From contig CBDFJQ010000002.1 of the NCBI GenBank assembly GCA_965248575.1, positions 1,984,001-2,048,000 on the forward strand: 64,000 nt of DNA, read 5' to 3'. The stretch's first letter is position 1; each line of letters starts with the position of its first letter. This DNA is from Planctomycetota bacterium (GTDB lineage: Bacteria; Planctomycetota; B15-G4). Both the position numbers and the translations under genes were made by a program. Of the stretch, positions 43,711-53,345 are shown piece by piece. Under the pieces are notes generated by a model that saw only the letters and a program-made list of their open reading frames with translations, had not been told where the DNA came from and did not search any database.

Positions 43711-46227
43711 ATGCGCTTCCCCATCCTGTCCTCCCTTGCCGCGGCCGCACTTTTGGCCTCGAGCTTGAGCGCCCAGTCCTTCACGCCCTCAGAGGTTGCC
43801 TCACCGGTTCGCGCCGCCGGCACCTACATGGGCACCGACCTGCCAGTGCTGCGCATGAACGACAGCGCGGTGTCGAGCCTCTTCGCGTCGCCTGCCCGCG
43901 AGGTGCGCGTCGCCGACTTCGAGTTGATGAACGGACAGCTCGTCGACCTCGACCTGCGCCGCCTCGACCTGAACCGCATGAAGTTCGGTTTCCAGGTGAA
44001 CGGCACCCCGACCCCGGGCCTGGCCGAAAGCATCGAGATCTCCGTCTGGAGCGGCACCGTCGCCGGGCGGCCGGGCTCCGATGTCCTGCTCTCCTTCAGC
44101 AACGTCGGCAGCCGGGGCTGGGTGGATGACGGCCTGGAGCGCGTGCACGTCATGCCGCAGCCCGACGCCGTGAACGGTTGGGACGAGAGCTTCTCGATCC
44201 TTGCCCGCGACAGCGACCTGGCCGAGCTGGGCGCCGAGATGCGCGAGATCTGCGAGGCGACTCAGTTGCCCAACGTGGCCTCCCCCACCACGCGTGCGGT
44301 GAACAAGCAGTCTCAGGGCTCCGGCAACCCCATCAACAGCAGCTTCCAAGGAGGATGCTCGAACTGGGAAGCCACCATCGCCATCGAGACGGACTTCCAG
44401 CTGTTCCAGGTCTTCGGCAGCCTCGCCGCCGAAACCAGCTACATCACCACCCTGCTGGCTGCGGTGAGCGATCGCTACGAGACCCAGATCAACACGGTGC
44501 TCAGCTACCCCTACGTGCAGTTCTACACGACGGCCGCCGACCCGTGGTCGACGCCAGACATCCCCGGTAGCAGTAGCGCCATGCTCAGCGAATTCGAGAC
44601 GGCGTGGAACGGCAACATCCCCACCGGCGCCAACATCGGCCACATGGTCTCGGGCGCCAACCTCGGCGGCGGCATCGCCTACCTGGGTGTGCTGTGCGAC
44701 ACCAGCGCCAGCTTCTCCTTCGGTGTGAGCGGCAACCTGTTCGGCGGGGTTCCTTTCCCCATCGCCGTGGGCCCCTCCAACTGGGACTTCATGGTCTTCG
44801 CGCATGAAACGGGGCACAACTTCAACTCGCCCCACACTCATGACTACTCGCCACAGATCGATGACTGTGCCAACGGGACGTGCATCACCAACGGCACCAT
44901 CATGAGCTACTGCCACCAGTGCCCGGGCGGGACCAGCAACATCACGACCTTCTTCCACCCCAATGTGGTGAACGTCATGCAGGCGCACGCCAGCAACTGC
45001 CTGCCGTTCTTCGCACCGCTCATCGAGCAGGCTGGCCCAAGCATCATCGCCGAAGGGGCCGCGACGCCTCTCACGGTCGAGGTCCAGGGCACGCCTGTTT
45101 CGGGAGTCGACCTGGAGTACCGCTACAGCACGAGCGACCCCTTCCTGAGCACGCCGGCCAGCGACATGGGCGGCGGCACCTGGGGCGCCAACTTGCCTGG
45201 CCCTGCCTGTGGGCAGGAACCCGAGTGGTTCTTCAGCATGACGGATGCCACCTGTGGCCCCTTCCAGACGGCCGCAGCAACGGCTTCCGTGGGCACCCAG
45301 AATCTTTCCGTGGACGACGAGTTTGAGGCACCGTCCGGTTGGACCGGCGGTGTGGGCGGCGACACGGCGACCACCGGTGTGTGGACCCTCGGCAACCCCA
45401 TCGGCACCGGGGCACAGCCGGAGGATGACCACACTCCGAGCGGCACCGATTGCTGGTTCACGGGCCAGGGTGGCGTGGGTGGCGGTCTCGGCGACAACGA
45501 CGTCGACGGAGGTTTCACCACCTTGACCTCGCCGACCTACGACCTGTCTGCTGCGGGTGAGCAGCTCATCAGCTACTGGCGTTGGTACAGCAACGACGCC
45601 GGAAGCACGCCCAACTCCGACGTGTTCGTGGTGGACATCTCCAACAACGGCGGCGGAAGCTGGACCAATGTGGAGACGATCGGCCCAGCTGGCGCCGGAA
45701 CGGGTGGCGGATGGATCCTGCACTCCTTCACGGTGTCCGACTTCGTCGCTCCCACCAACAACGTCGTGCTGCGCTTCGTCGCTGAGGACGCCGGTGGCGG
45801 TTCCATCGTGGAGGCCGGCATCGACGACCTCCAGGCCTACACCGTCGATTGTGGCGGCGACCCCTGGGTCAACCTCGGCGGTGGTGCACCCGGCATCAAC
45901 GGCGTCCCCTTCCTGGAGATGAGCGGACCGCTCACTCCGGGTTCGACGCTCAACCTGAGCCTGACGCAGGCAGCGCCTTCGGCCCTGGCCTTCGCCTGGT
46001 TCTCCTTCACGTCGACGCCGACACCCTTCCTGGGAGGCACCCTGCACGCCTTCCCCGTCAACATCCAGTTGCTCGCCTTCACCAATGGTGCGGGTTCCCT
46101 GGCTGGCTCCGCCACCTTCCCAGGCGGCGTCTCCGGTCAGCAGATCTGGGTTCAGATGGGCGTGACGGATGCTTCCACGGTTGACGGAGGCTCCCTGTCC
46201 AACGGCGAAGTGGGAACCATCCCCTGA
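43711..46227 (+). CDS. Secreted M12/reprolysin-like zinc metallopeptidase with conserved C-terminal domain
   Basis: Signal peptide; IAIETD; GGIAYLGVLC; HETGHNFNSPH; Met-turn TIMSY. Confidence 0.92.
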   Translation: MRFPILSSLAAAALLASSLSAQSFTPSEVASPVRAAGTYMGTDLPVLRMNDSAVSSLFASPAREVRVADFELMNGQLVDLDLRRLDLNRMKFGFQVNGTPTPGLAESIEISVWSGTVAGRPGSDVLLSFSNVGSRGWVDDGLERVHVMPQPDAVNGWDESFSILARDSDLAELGAEMREICEATQLPNVASPTTRAVNKQSQGSGNPINSSFQGGCSNWEATIAIETDFQLFQVFGSLAAETSYITTLLAAVSDRYETQINTVLSYPYVQFYTTAADPWSTPDIPGSSSAMLSEFETAWNGNIPTGANIGHMVSGANLGGGIAYLGVLCDTSASFSFGVSGNLFGGVPFPIAVGPSNWDFMVFAHETGHNFNSPHTHDYSPQIDDCANGTCITNGTIMSYCHQCPGGTSNITTFFHPNVVNVMQAHASNCLPFFAPLIEQAGPSIIAEGAATPLTVEVQGTPVSGVDLEYRYSTSDPFLSTPASDMGGGTWGANLPGPACGQEPEWFFSMTDATCGPFQTAAATASVGTQNLSVDDEFEAPSGWTGGVGGDTATTGVWTLGNPIGTGAQPEDDHTPSGTDCWFTGQGGVGGGLGDNDVDGGFTTLTSPTYDLSAAGEQLISYWRWYSNDAGSTPNSDVFVVDISNNGGGSWTNVETIGPAGAGTGGGWILHSFTVSDFVAPTNNVVLRFVAEDAGGGSIVEAGIDDLQAYTVDCGGDPWVNLGGGAPGINGVPFLEMSGPLTPGSTLNLSLTQAAPSALAFAWFSFTSTPTPFLGGTLHAFPVNIQLLAFTNGAGSLAGSATFPGGVSGQQIWVQMGVTDASTVDGGSLSNGEVGTIP

Positions 46228-46241
46228 TCGCCTGATCGCCA

Positions 46242-46273
46242 GTTCGTGGTCACCGAGTTGGTGATCACGGAAC
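46242..46273. terminator. Hairpin between convergent genes
   Basis: GTTCGTGGTCACC-gagtt-GGTGATCACGGAAC. Confidence 0.5.
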
Positions 46274-46323
46274 AAGTTGTCCGCGAGGGCGGGTCGCAGC
46301 ATGCGACTCGCCCTCGTTGCGTT

Positions 46324-49161
46324 TCAGCGGCTCACGAGGCCCAGGGCACCACCCACGAGGCGGCGGGCAGAGGGGCGCAACATGCTCGTGACGGCCGTGG
46401 CGCGGTAGCGCCCTGCCTTGTCCAAGGACCACTCCACGAACATGTCATCCAGGCCGTTCCACACATCGTACGCAGCGCGGCCTTCCGCAACATTCGCAAG
46501 CAAGCGCCGCAAGCCCACGCGCTTGAGGTCTTCCATGCGTGTGGTGACGGTGTCCTGCTCCGTGCACGGGCCCAGCAGCTGGCTCTCCTCGGAAGTCAGC
46601 TCCGTGACGACCTCGCCGATGCGGAAGCCGACACAGCGTCCATCGGCCACGAGCAACTCGAGTCGTCGCTCGCCATCGGTAGCCGTCACGGAATCCGTGA
46701 GAACCCCCGTCGCAGACTCCATGCGCCAGCTCCCGTCGCTGTAGTCGCGAGGCTCGATCAAGGTCCCGCGGGCGCCTCCCACAAAGCGCAGTTCGAATCG
46801 ACTGCCCGCTTCGACCCGCGTCTTGCGCGCTGACTTCAAGGCGGCCCCGTCAAAGAGCGTCTTGAAGAGGGCGAAGGCGTGGTAGCGATAGGCAGAGCGA
46901 TCGAAGGTGACGGCCGTGAGCTGGCCCAACTGCGCCGCTCGTAGCGTCTCCAACCATGGCAGGGTCGTGCAATCCTCAGCCACACCAACCGAGTGGAAGC
47001 CTTGCAACAGCTGCATATGCCCCAGGTGTTTGAACAGGAAGACGGGGGTGTCGAGCAGGACATCGAGATGCGCGCAGGGGTGTTCATGAAGCCGCTTCAG
47101 GACGGCAGGGACGGCCCCCTTGGAGACAGCGACGTAGACCAGATCCGCGGCCGCCAGGTCCTCATCCGTCAGCGACCGGAAGTCTCGTGTCTGCTGGGGC
47201 CCCACGCTGTGTTCAGCGCCTGGTTCCGTTCCTGGTTCCGTTCCTGGTACCGGCCTCCGGCTGCGGGTGAACACGTCGCCGATTTCGAAGAGATCCGGCA
47301 GGGAGCGTAGGCAGGGGAGGACGTCCGTGGCCACGCGCCCGCCTGCGCCGATCACCAGCACACGCCGCGGGCGAGTGTCGCCAGAGCGGGTCGCCGGCTC
47401 GCCCTGGGGGGAGCCCATGGACGATCCCGCAGCGCCAACAACTGCAGGCAGGGACTCGACCCTCTCCAGCAGCCGCTGCTTCAGATGCTCTGCCTGGCGG
47501 ATCGCCAGCGCCACGATGGTGAAGGTGGGATTGGCGCACCCACTGGTGGGAAACAGGGAGCCGCCCGCCATGTACACATTGCTGACGTGATGGAGACGCC
47601 CGTCCCGATTGGTCACGGAGCTCTCGGGATCCAACCCCATGCGCGTGGTCCCGAGATGGTGCGAAGCATCGAGATCGATGGGCCAGGGGTCGGCGCGGGC
47701 CAGGTCGCTTTCGAAGTCACCAAAATCGTTGGCCTGGAGCTCTGTGGCGAGGGCCTCCTGCAAAGCCAGCAGGGAGTTCTTGTCGAGTTCCGACGGCCCA
47801 TGAGTCACCACGGTCTCTGGCTGCCCGCAGGCATCAAGGGCCGTGCCGAGGGCAACGCGGTTCTCGGGCCGGGGTTCCATCTCCATGAAGTTTCGCACGC
47901 GTACCCGACGCACGAGAGGGGCTCGACTTGAGAAGCGGGACACCGCGTAGCGCGCCACACTCGGCGCATTCCAGGCGATCGTGCCCACCAACTTCAGCCA
48001 ATCCACCGCGCCCTTGCGAGCGTTCTGGAGATCGCTGTCGTCACCTGTTTCGGAGTAGTCCCGGAGCGTGACGACCTTGTCGGCGCTGCGTCGCTTCCAC
48101 GCACCGAAGAGCCTTGAGCTACGCTTCACGAGCAGCACGAGCGACTCGACCCCCTCGTTGTCGGACCAGGGAAACAGCGGCTCGAAGCGGACATAGGCGT
48201 TCAGGAGCGAACGCCGTTGCTGCTCCTCATCGGAGAGCCTCAAGCCGGCATAGCCCGCATAGCCCTTGTGCAGGCAGCCAAAGAGGTAGGGCAGCTCCCG
48301 AACCGGGCGACGCAAGCGGATGATGCCCCGATAGTTCTTCGGGTGATTCATCAGGCAGCGCCCCACTTGATCGTGCTCGTTGCCGAGCGCTGAACCGTCA
48401 GGCCCCCCTGAGGCCAGCAAGAGGCGCGCATTCTCCAGGCCGCCCGTCGCCAGCACGATGGCCCGGGCAAGGACCCGTCGCTCGCTGCCGTCGCTTGAAC
48501 GCAGGACGATGCGCGTGCCCCGCGCCGTACAGCCACGGAGCGGTCCCTCGATGGGGGCATCCGCGCCGAGAGCCTCCGACTCCAAGCGGATGGCCGTGGC
48601 GTCCAGGTAGAGGGTTGCCGCTTCCGCTTCGAAGACCGGCTTGTGTTCCTTCCCGAAGTGCTGGGGTTCCGCGGCCGCCAGGAAGACCTTCTCTTCCAGG
48701 GCAGTCCACGAGAGCTGAGCCTCGCCCAACAAACGCAGGGCGTCGAAGCCACCAGGCTCGTACAGGGCCAAGGGGGCAAAGCGGTAGTCGGCTGCGGCGC
48801 GGCGCCAGTACGGCAGCAGCTCTTCGCGTGGGATCGGCCAACCGGGTAGCCCCAACTCCGGCCGCGGCTCCAACTCGATGGAATCCAGAGGCGCCGACAA
48901 GCCAGCCCACGTGGAAGACGCGCCGCCCAGGACCCGCTCCCGGGAGTAGTCCTTGATACGCACGGGTCCCTCGCTGCGCACCTTTCGCAGGGCGTCCCCA
49001 TGCTTCGTCGTCTTGAGGCGTCCGCTCTCCAGGACGCAGTAGCTCAGCCCAGAACCCGCCAGCTCTCGCGCCAGCGTCATGCCCGCCGGCCCGGATCCGA
49101 CGATGCAGACATCCACTGCCGGCAGGTCGGCCGTCCGGCTGTCGTGGAGATCGACAATCAT
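46324..49161 (-). CDS. GMC-family oxidoreductase fused to a Gfo/Idh/MocA-like NAD-binding domain
   Basis: IVGSGPAG, LGGASSTW, LATGGLENARLLL, SHHLGTTRMG, SGCANPTFTIVALA; second Rossmann fold VLVIGAGGRV, LLDTP. Confidence 0.85.
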   Translation of the reverse strand: MIVDLHDSRTADLPAVDVCIVGSGPAGMTLARELAGSGLSYCVLESGRLKTTKHGDALRKVRSEGPVRIKDYSRERVLGGASSTWAGLSAPLDSIELEPRPELGLPGWPIPREELLPYWRRAAADYRFAPLALYEPGGFDALRLLGEAQLSWTALEEKVFLAAAEPQHFGKEHKPVFEAEAATLYLDATAIRLESEALGADAPIEGPLRGCTARGTRIVLRSSDGSERRVLARAIVLATGGLENARLLLASGGPDGSALGNEHDQVGRCLMNHPKNYRGIIRLRRPVRELPYLFGCLHKGYAGYAGLRLSDEEQQRRSLLNAYVRFEPLFPWSDNEGVESLVLLVKRSSRLFGAWKRRSADKVVTLRDYSETGDDSDLQNARKGAVDWLKLVGTIAWNAPSVARYAVSRFSSRAPLVRRVRVRNFMEMEPRPENRVALGTALDACGQPETVVTHGPSELDKNSLLALQEALATELQANDFGDFESDLARADPWPIDLDASHHLGTTRMGLDPESSVTNRDGRLHHVSNVYMAGGSLFPTSGCANPTFTIVALAIRQAEHLKQRLLERVESLPAVVGAAGSSMGSPQGEPATRSGDTRPRRVLVIGAGGRVATDVLPCLRSLPDLFEIGDVFTRSRRPVPGTEPGTEPGAEHSVGPQQTRDFRSLTDEDLAAADLVYVAVSKGAVPAVLKRLHEHPCAHLDVLLDTPVFLFKHLGHMQLLQGFHSVGVAEDCTTLPWLETLRAAQLGQLTAVTFDRSAYRYHAFALFKTLFDGAALKSARKTRVEAGSRFELRFVGGARGTLIEPRDYSDGSWRMESATGVLTDSVTATDGERRLELLVADGRCVGFRIGEVVTELTSEESQLLGPCTEQDTVTTRMEDLKRVGLRRLLANVAEGRAAYDVWNGLDDMFVEWSLDKAGRYRATAVTSMLRPSARRLVGGALGLVSR

Positions 49162-49322
49162 CGAGGGATCCGCTGCGGGCGTGGAACTCCGGGCACCTTT
49201 CCGCAGGACGACTGCGGCCGAGGGCTGCGCGCGATCCTAGAATCCCAACCGCACGAAGTCCCGCCCGCACACGGCAGAACCCCGTGCTAACGTTGTCGCC
49301 CCCATCTTGGAGCCCCTGGATC

Positions 49323-49862
49323 ATGACCCAAGCCAACGCCGAGCCCAGCACCGAAATGGCGACCCTCGCGGCCGGTTGCTATTGGTGCGTGGAAGCCGTC
49401 CTCGAGCAACTCGAAGGCGTCCTGGACGTCCGCTCGGGCTTCATGGGTGGACCGGGCGAGAACCCGACCTATGAGCAAGTCTGCTCAGGGGCCAGCGGGC
49501 ACGCGGAGGTGGTTCAGGTGGAGTTCGACCCCAAGCTGGTGAGCTTCGCCAAGCTGCTGTCCTACTTCTGGCGGCTGCACGACCCCACGACCTTGAACCG
49601 CCAAGGGGGCGATGTGGGCACCCAGTACCGCTCGGCGATTTTCGTCCACTCGGCGGAGCAGCGGGCCACGGCCGAACGCTCGCTTCAGCAGGCGGACGAA
49701 ACGGGGGTGTTCAGCGACCCCATCGTGACCGAGATCACGGACGCTTCGACCTTCTACGAAGCCAAGGGCGAGCACCAGGACTTCTACCGGCAGAACAAGG
49801 ACCAGCCCTACTGCCGCTTCGTCATCGCGCCCAAGCTGGACAAACTGGGCATGGACTCCTAA
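49323..49862 (+). CDS. msrA: Peptide-methionine (S)-S-oxide reductase
   Basis: AAGCYWCVEA, NPTYEQVC, GHAEVV, HDPTTLNRQGGDVGTQYRSAIF, HQDFY, PYC. Confidence 0.96.
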   Translation: MTQANAEPSTEMATLAAGCYWCVEAVLEQLEGVLDVRSGFMGGPGENPTYEQVCSGASGHAEVVQVEFDPKLVSFAKLLSYFWRLHDPTTLNRQGGDVGTQYRSAIFVHSAEQRATAERSLQQADETGVFSDPIVTEITDASTFYEAKGEHQDFYRQNKDQPYCRFVIAPKLDKLGMDS

Positions 49863-49874
49863 CCGACCCTCCCG

Positions 49875-50228
49875 TCAACGGCAGTCGCAGAACTGGCTTG
49901 CGAGCCGGTCTCCCGTTCTCTCCAGCGAGTGCCCGATGCGGTCGAAGGTGCGTTCCATCCGGGCGCCGAAGGCATCCGCGCCCCGTTCGATGCGATGCCC
50001 CAGGCCCTCGAAGCGTCGCTCGAGACGGGCGCCGATCCGCTCCACTCGTTGATCGGCTTCGTAACCCCAGTGATGCGCGTCATGCCGGATCAAGTGCCCG
50101 ACGTCGTCGGCCGTCTGGCCCAGCTCATGGCCGACCTCGTCCCAACCCTCTCGCCACTCGGGGTCCTGGGCGAACAGGACCAGGGTGCAGACGAAGGAAA
50201 CTGCCAGGATGGCGGCCAGGGTGCGCAT
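49875..50228 (-). CDS. Small secreted protein with amphipathic 11-mer helical repeats
   Basis: Signal peptide; repeated ERIGARLERR / EGLGHRIERG / DRIGHSLERT. Confidence 0.65.
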   Translation of the reverse strand: MRTLAAILAVSFVCTLVLFAQDPEWREGWDEVGHELGQTADDVGHLIRHDAHHWGYEADQRVERIGARLERRFEGLGHRIERGADAFGARMERTFDRIGHSLERTGDRLASQFCDCR

Positions 50229-50296
50229 GAGCTCTCTCCAAGAAGCGACGTCCTCTCAAGACGTACGCGCTGCTTGGGAAATGAGCGGGCCCGCTT

Positions 50297-51697
50297 TCAG
50301 TCCTGGCGGATTGAATCCCAGCCGAAGGCCCTCAGCTGGTAGCTCATGGTCGAGAGCGCCTCACCGCTGGGCAGCTCGTAGCGGGTCTCGCGCTGCCAAT
50401 GGATGATGCCCTCCAGCGGCACCTCAGGGGAGAGAACCGCCTTCAAACGGATGTCCAGAGCCAGGTCGTTGCTGCGTGACGTCATGGCCCCGGCGAGGAC
50501 GAGCTCGAGGCGATGGCCATGGAGTGTCGTCTCCCCATGCTGCCAATGACCGGGTGTCACGCTACCGGAGACGACTCTCAGAGCGTTCAGGGGAGGGCCG
50601 GAATCCTCCAGAGCCAGCAGGCGCCCCACCACCGTCCCCAGCGTGGCGTGCGACTCAGAGGTTCCCATGATCTGGGCACCCAGGCCGGTGGAGGTCTGGA
50701 CCTGCACGGCACCGTCCTCCAACTTCGACACGACGCGCTGGACATCCATGGCAGCCGGGCCGTCGATGTTGCCGACCGCATAGGCCACCCATTCTCCTGC
50801 TCGTGCTGTCGCCAGACCATCCTCTAAGCTGCCGTCCAGCACGGACCGCAAGTCCAAACCTGGCAGCACCCGCTCAGCTTCAAAGCGCTCGACCTGCCCG
50901 TTGGCGACCCACTGCCCTGAACCGATCGGGAATCGCTCAGTCACTGGAGCACGCGTCGGCGTGTGCCAGCGTCCATCCAGGGGCTTGTAGCGGTAAGGCA
51001 GGAAGCCGTTGGATTCGAGGGTCGAGCGAGGGTAGGTCGACTGCTTCACGTTCGGGAAAGCGGCCTCGATCACCGTCACGCGCTCAGAGTCGTCACCTGT
51101 GAACTCGACGAACAACATGGCGTGCGCATCGAACTTGTTGAGCAGATCGCCGACCTTCAACTCGTCGTAGCTCGACAGCTCGAAACACAACCGACCCAGT
51201 GAGCGCGTCGACTGCTTGAAGGGCAGGTTCCAGCAGCGCGCCACGAAGCCGGAACAGTCCACGCCGACAGCGTGACGGCTCGCATCGAGATTGACTCCGT
51301 CCGTAAGCTGGCCAGCTGGCTGACCGGCCGCCACCGCTGCGTCGAACTCCACGAGGCTTGTGAACCCACCCCACTTGTACGGCACACCGATGTTGGGGCT
51401 GCCGTCAGTCCGGAAGCCGTCGCTGCGGTGACTCACATCCGGGGTGTCGACGTGGATTCCGTCCGCGTCGGGCCCATGCAAGGTGTTGGATTCGGACGCA
51501 TGCCAAACGTGGTTCGAATAGGACCGAGCCACTTCGAGGATGGCGTCGCGCCCGGGGATCTCAGGCTTGGAGCGCTCGCCTTGCGCGTCTTCGGATTGGG
51601 CACTGAGGGTGCCCAACAGGAGCAGCGTTCCGAGGGTCAGAAAGCAGCGTGAGAGGCGCGCAGGCGCCGGGCGTCGGCCCAAGAGGCGTGCGGACAT
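50297..51697 (-). CDS. Secreted NlpC/P60-like cysteine peptidase with extra C-terminal domain
   Basis: GVPYKWGG, GVDCSGFVARCW, LKVGDLL, HAMLF. Confidence 0.82.
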   Translation of the reverse strand: MSARLLGRRPAPARLSRCFLTLGTLLLLGTLSAQSEDAQGERSKPEIPGRDAILEVARSYSNHVWHASESNTLHGPDADGIHVDTPDVSHRSDGFRTDGSPNIGVPYKWGGFTSLVEFDAAVAAGQPAGQLTDGVNLDASRHAVGVDCSGFVARCWNLPFKQSTRSLGRLCFELSSYDELKVGDLLNKFDAHAMLFVEFTGDDSERVTVIEAAFPNVKQSTYPRSTLESNGFLPYRYKPLDGRWHTPTRAPVTERFPIGSGQWVANGQVERFEAERVLPGLDLRSVLDGSLEDGLATARAGEWVAYAVGNIDGPAAMDVQRVVSKLEDGAVQVQTSTGLGAQIMGTSESHATLGTVVGRLLALEDSGPPLNALRVVSGSVTPGHWQHGETTLHGHRLELVLAGAMTSRSNDLALDIRLKAVLSPEVPLEGIIHWQRETRYELPSGEALSTMSYQLRAFGWDSIRQD

Positions 51698-51796
51698 CCT
51701 TTGAACTCCCTTTGCACTTGAGACGCGGTTGCTGACAGCGAACTCTCAGCATCCCTGATCAGCCGGGCCAGGGCGAGAACGTCCCTAGCGCACCCC

Positions 51797-53326
51797 CTAA
51801 CGCACCAGGCTGCACTCCGGGCCGGCTCGCATGAGCTGCACCCCACCGCCGCCCGTCACCGTGACAGAGAGCTGCCTGCCCACCTGCCCCAGGGCCACCT
51901 GCTCCACCCAGAGCGACCGAGCCTCAAGCAATTGGCTGCCGCTGTGGATCAGCCTCGGGCCCGTGTGGATCTCGAAGCTCAGCTCCCTGGGTGTGTCCCC
52001 AGGGTTGAGCAAGCTCAGGCTGAGCCCGGCCCAACCGGCGGTTGGCCCTTGCGCCCGCCAAACACCGCGCACGTCAAAGCTCGCGTTGCGCACGACGTCA
52101 GGCCGGTCGAGCACCTTCCAGCGCAGGCTGACTCCTCGCTCGTGCTGGATCGAAATCCACGCGGGCTGCTGCGCAGGGAACAGCTGCGTCACTCGCAGCC
52201 GCCGGAGGCCGCCCGGAGCGAGCTCGCCGGGCCACCACTGATCCGGTGAAGCCAGAGGCAACCGTTGCCCCGCCGCCGAATACCCCTGCAGGTCAGGCGG
52301 CGTCTGGGGCTCCGACCCCCTGACCCAGAGCTCTGCCGCCTGCGGCCCAAGCGCCTCTCCCAGATCCAGGATCAGGAACTGTCTCGTGCCCTCCAGTTCT
52401 GCGGGGGAGTCCACGACCCACGCATCATTCCAGGACGAATCCACGCGACCTCGCGCAGGCGTCAGTCGATCCGTGTAGACGCCATCCACTCCCTGGGACG
52501 CCAGGCGCGAAGCAACGAGCTGGTTGTTGATCGTATGGGCGAAGCTCGCGACTCCCTGCTCCCTCAAGCGTGTGGCCAGCCCCCCGGGGACCCGATCCTT
52601 CGGCATCGTCACGGCGTAGAACGACTCACGCTTCGCCAGGGCGAGGACCTCCTCGTCCGTCAGCTGGGAGGTGTAGAGAGTGAGGATGCGCTGGTCGAAC
52701 CCCAGACCTCCGGCGAGCTTCGCTTCCCGTTCGTCGTGAACCTGGGGCAGCAGACGCGAGCGCACGCTCGCCAACTCCTTGGCCAGGAGCTTCAGGCCGC
52801 GCCGCCGCTCGGCCTTGATATCTGTCACGACACCGATGCCCGGGTTGTCGTTCATCCACTGCAGGAGGGCGGGCAGATCCAGTTGCTGAAGTCCGTCACG
52901 GCCTTCCAGCTGCATGAACTCATCCCGACTGCAGAGAGCCGCTTGCTCGCCAAACATGCCTACCAGGGCACCTGCCCAATCGTGGAGCAGGACCAACTCG
53001 CCGTCGGTGGTCCAGCACAGGTCGACCTCCACCAACTGGAAGCCCTCAAGCACGGCGCGCTCAAGGGCCTGCAGGCTGTTCGTGACATGGAAGCCCTCCA
53101 CCCGACCTCCACCATGGGCAATCAGGCGCGGGACCGACTCCAGCCAGCCAGCCTCGCCCCCGGACTCTGCCGTCTGCTCGGAGCCTGGCGCTGCCGCCGG
53201 ATCGGTCGGGCCTTGGGCGAAGCACAGCCCAGTTGCCAGAAAACCCAAGCCGAGACCGAGCCCGAGCACGACGCTTCGTTGAGCGCCTCGCGCCCATGGT
53301 CGATACTGCAGACATGTTCGAAGCAT
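51797..53326 (-). CDS. Exported glycerophosphodiester phosphodiesterase with C-terminal beta-sandwich domains (start uncertain)
   Basis: LIAHGGG, TNSLQAL, VEVDL, LVLLHDW, TDIK, AHTIN, GVDGVYTD. Confidence 0.85.
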   Translation of the reverse strand: MLRTCLQYRPWARGAQRSVVLGLGLGLGFLATGLCFAQGPTDPAAAPGSEQTAESGGEAGWLESVPRLIAHGGGRVEGFHVTNSLQALERAVLEGFQLVEVDLCWTTDGELVLLHDWAGALVGMFGEQAALCSRDEFMQLEGRDGLQQLDLPALLQWMNDNPGIGVVTDIKAERRRGLKLLAKELASVRSRLLPQVHDEREAKLAGGLGFDQRILTLYTSQLTDEEVLALAKRESFYAVTMPKDRVPGGLATRLREQGVASFAHTINNQLVASRLASQGVDGVYTDRLTPARGRVDSSWNDAWVVDSPAELEGTRQFLILDLGEALGPQAAELWVRGSEPQTPPDLQGYSAAGQRLPLASPDQWWPGELAPGGLRRLRVTQLFPAQQPAWISIQHERGVSLRWKVLDRPDVVRNASFDVRGVWRAQGPTAGWAGLSLSLLNPGDTPRELSFEIHTGPRLIHSGSQLLEARSLWVEQVALGQVGRQLSVTVTGGGGVQLMRAGPECSLVR

Positions 53327-53345
53327 GCGTCGGTTCCAAGGCACC

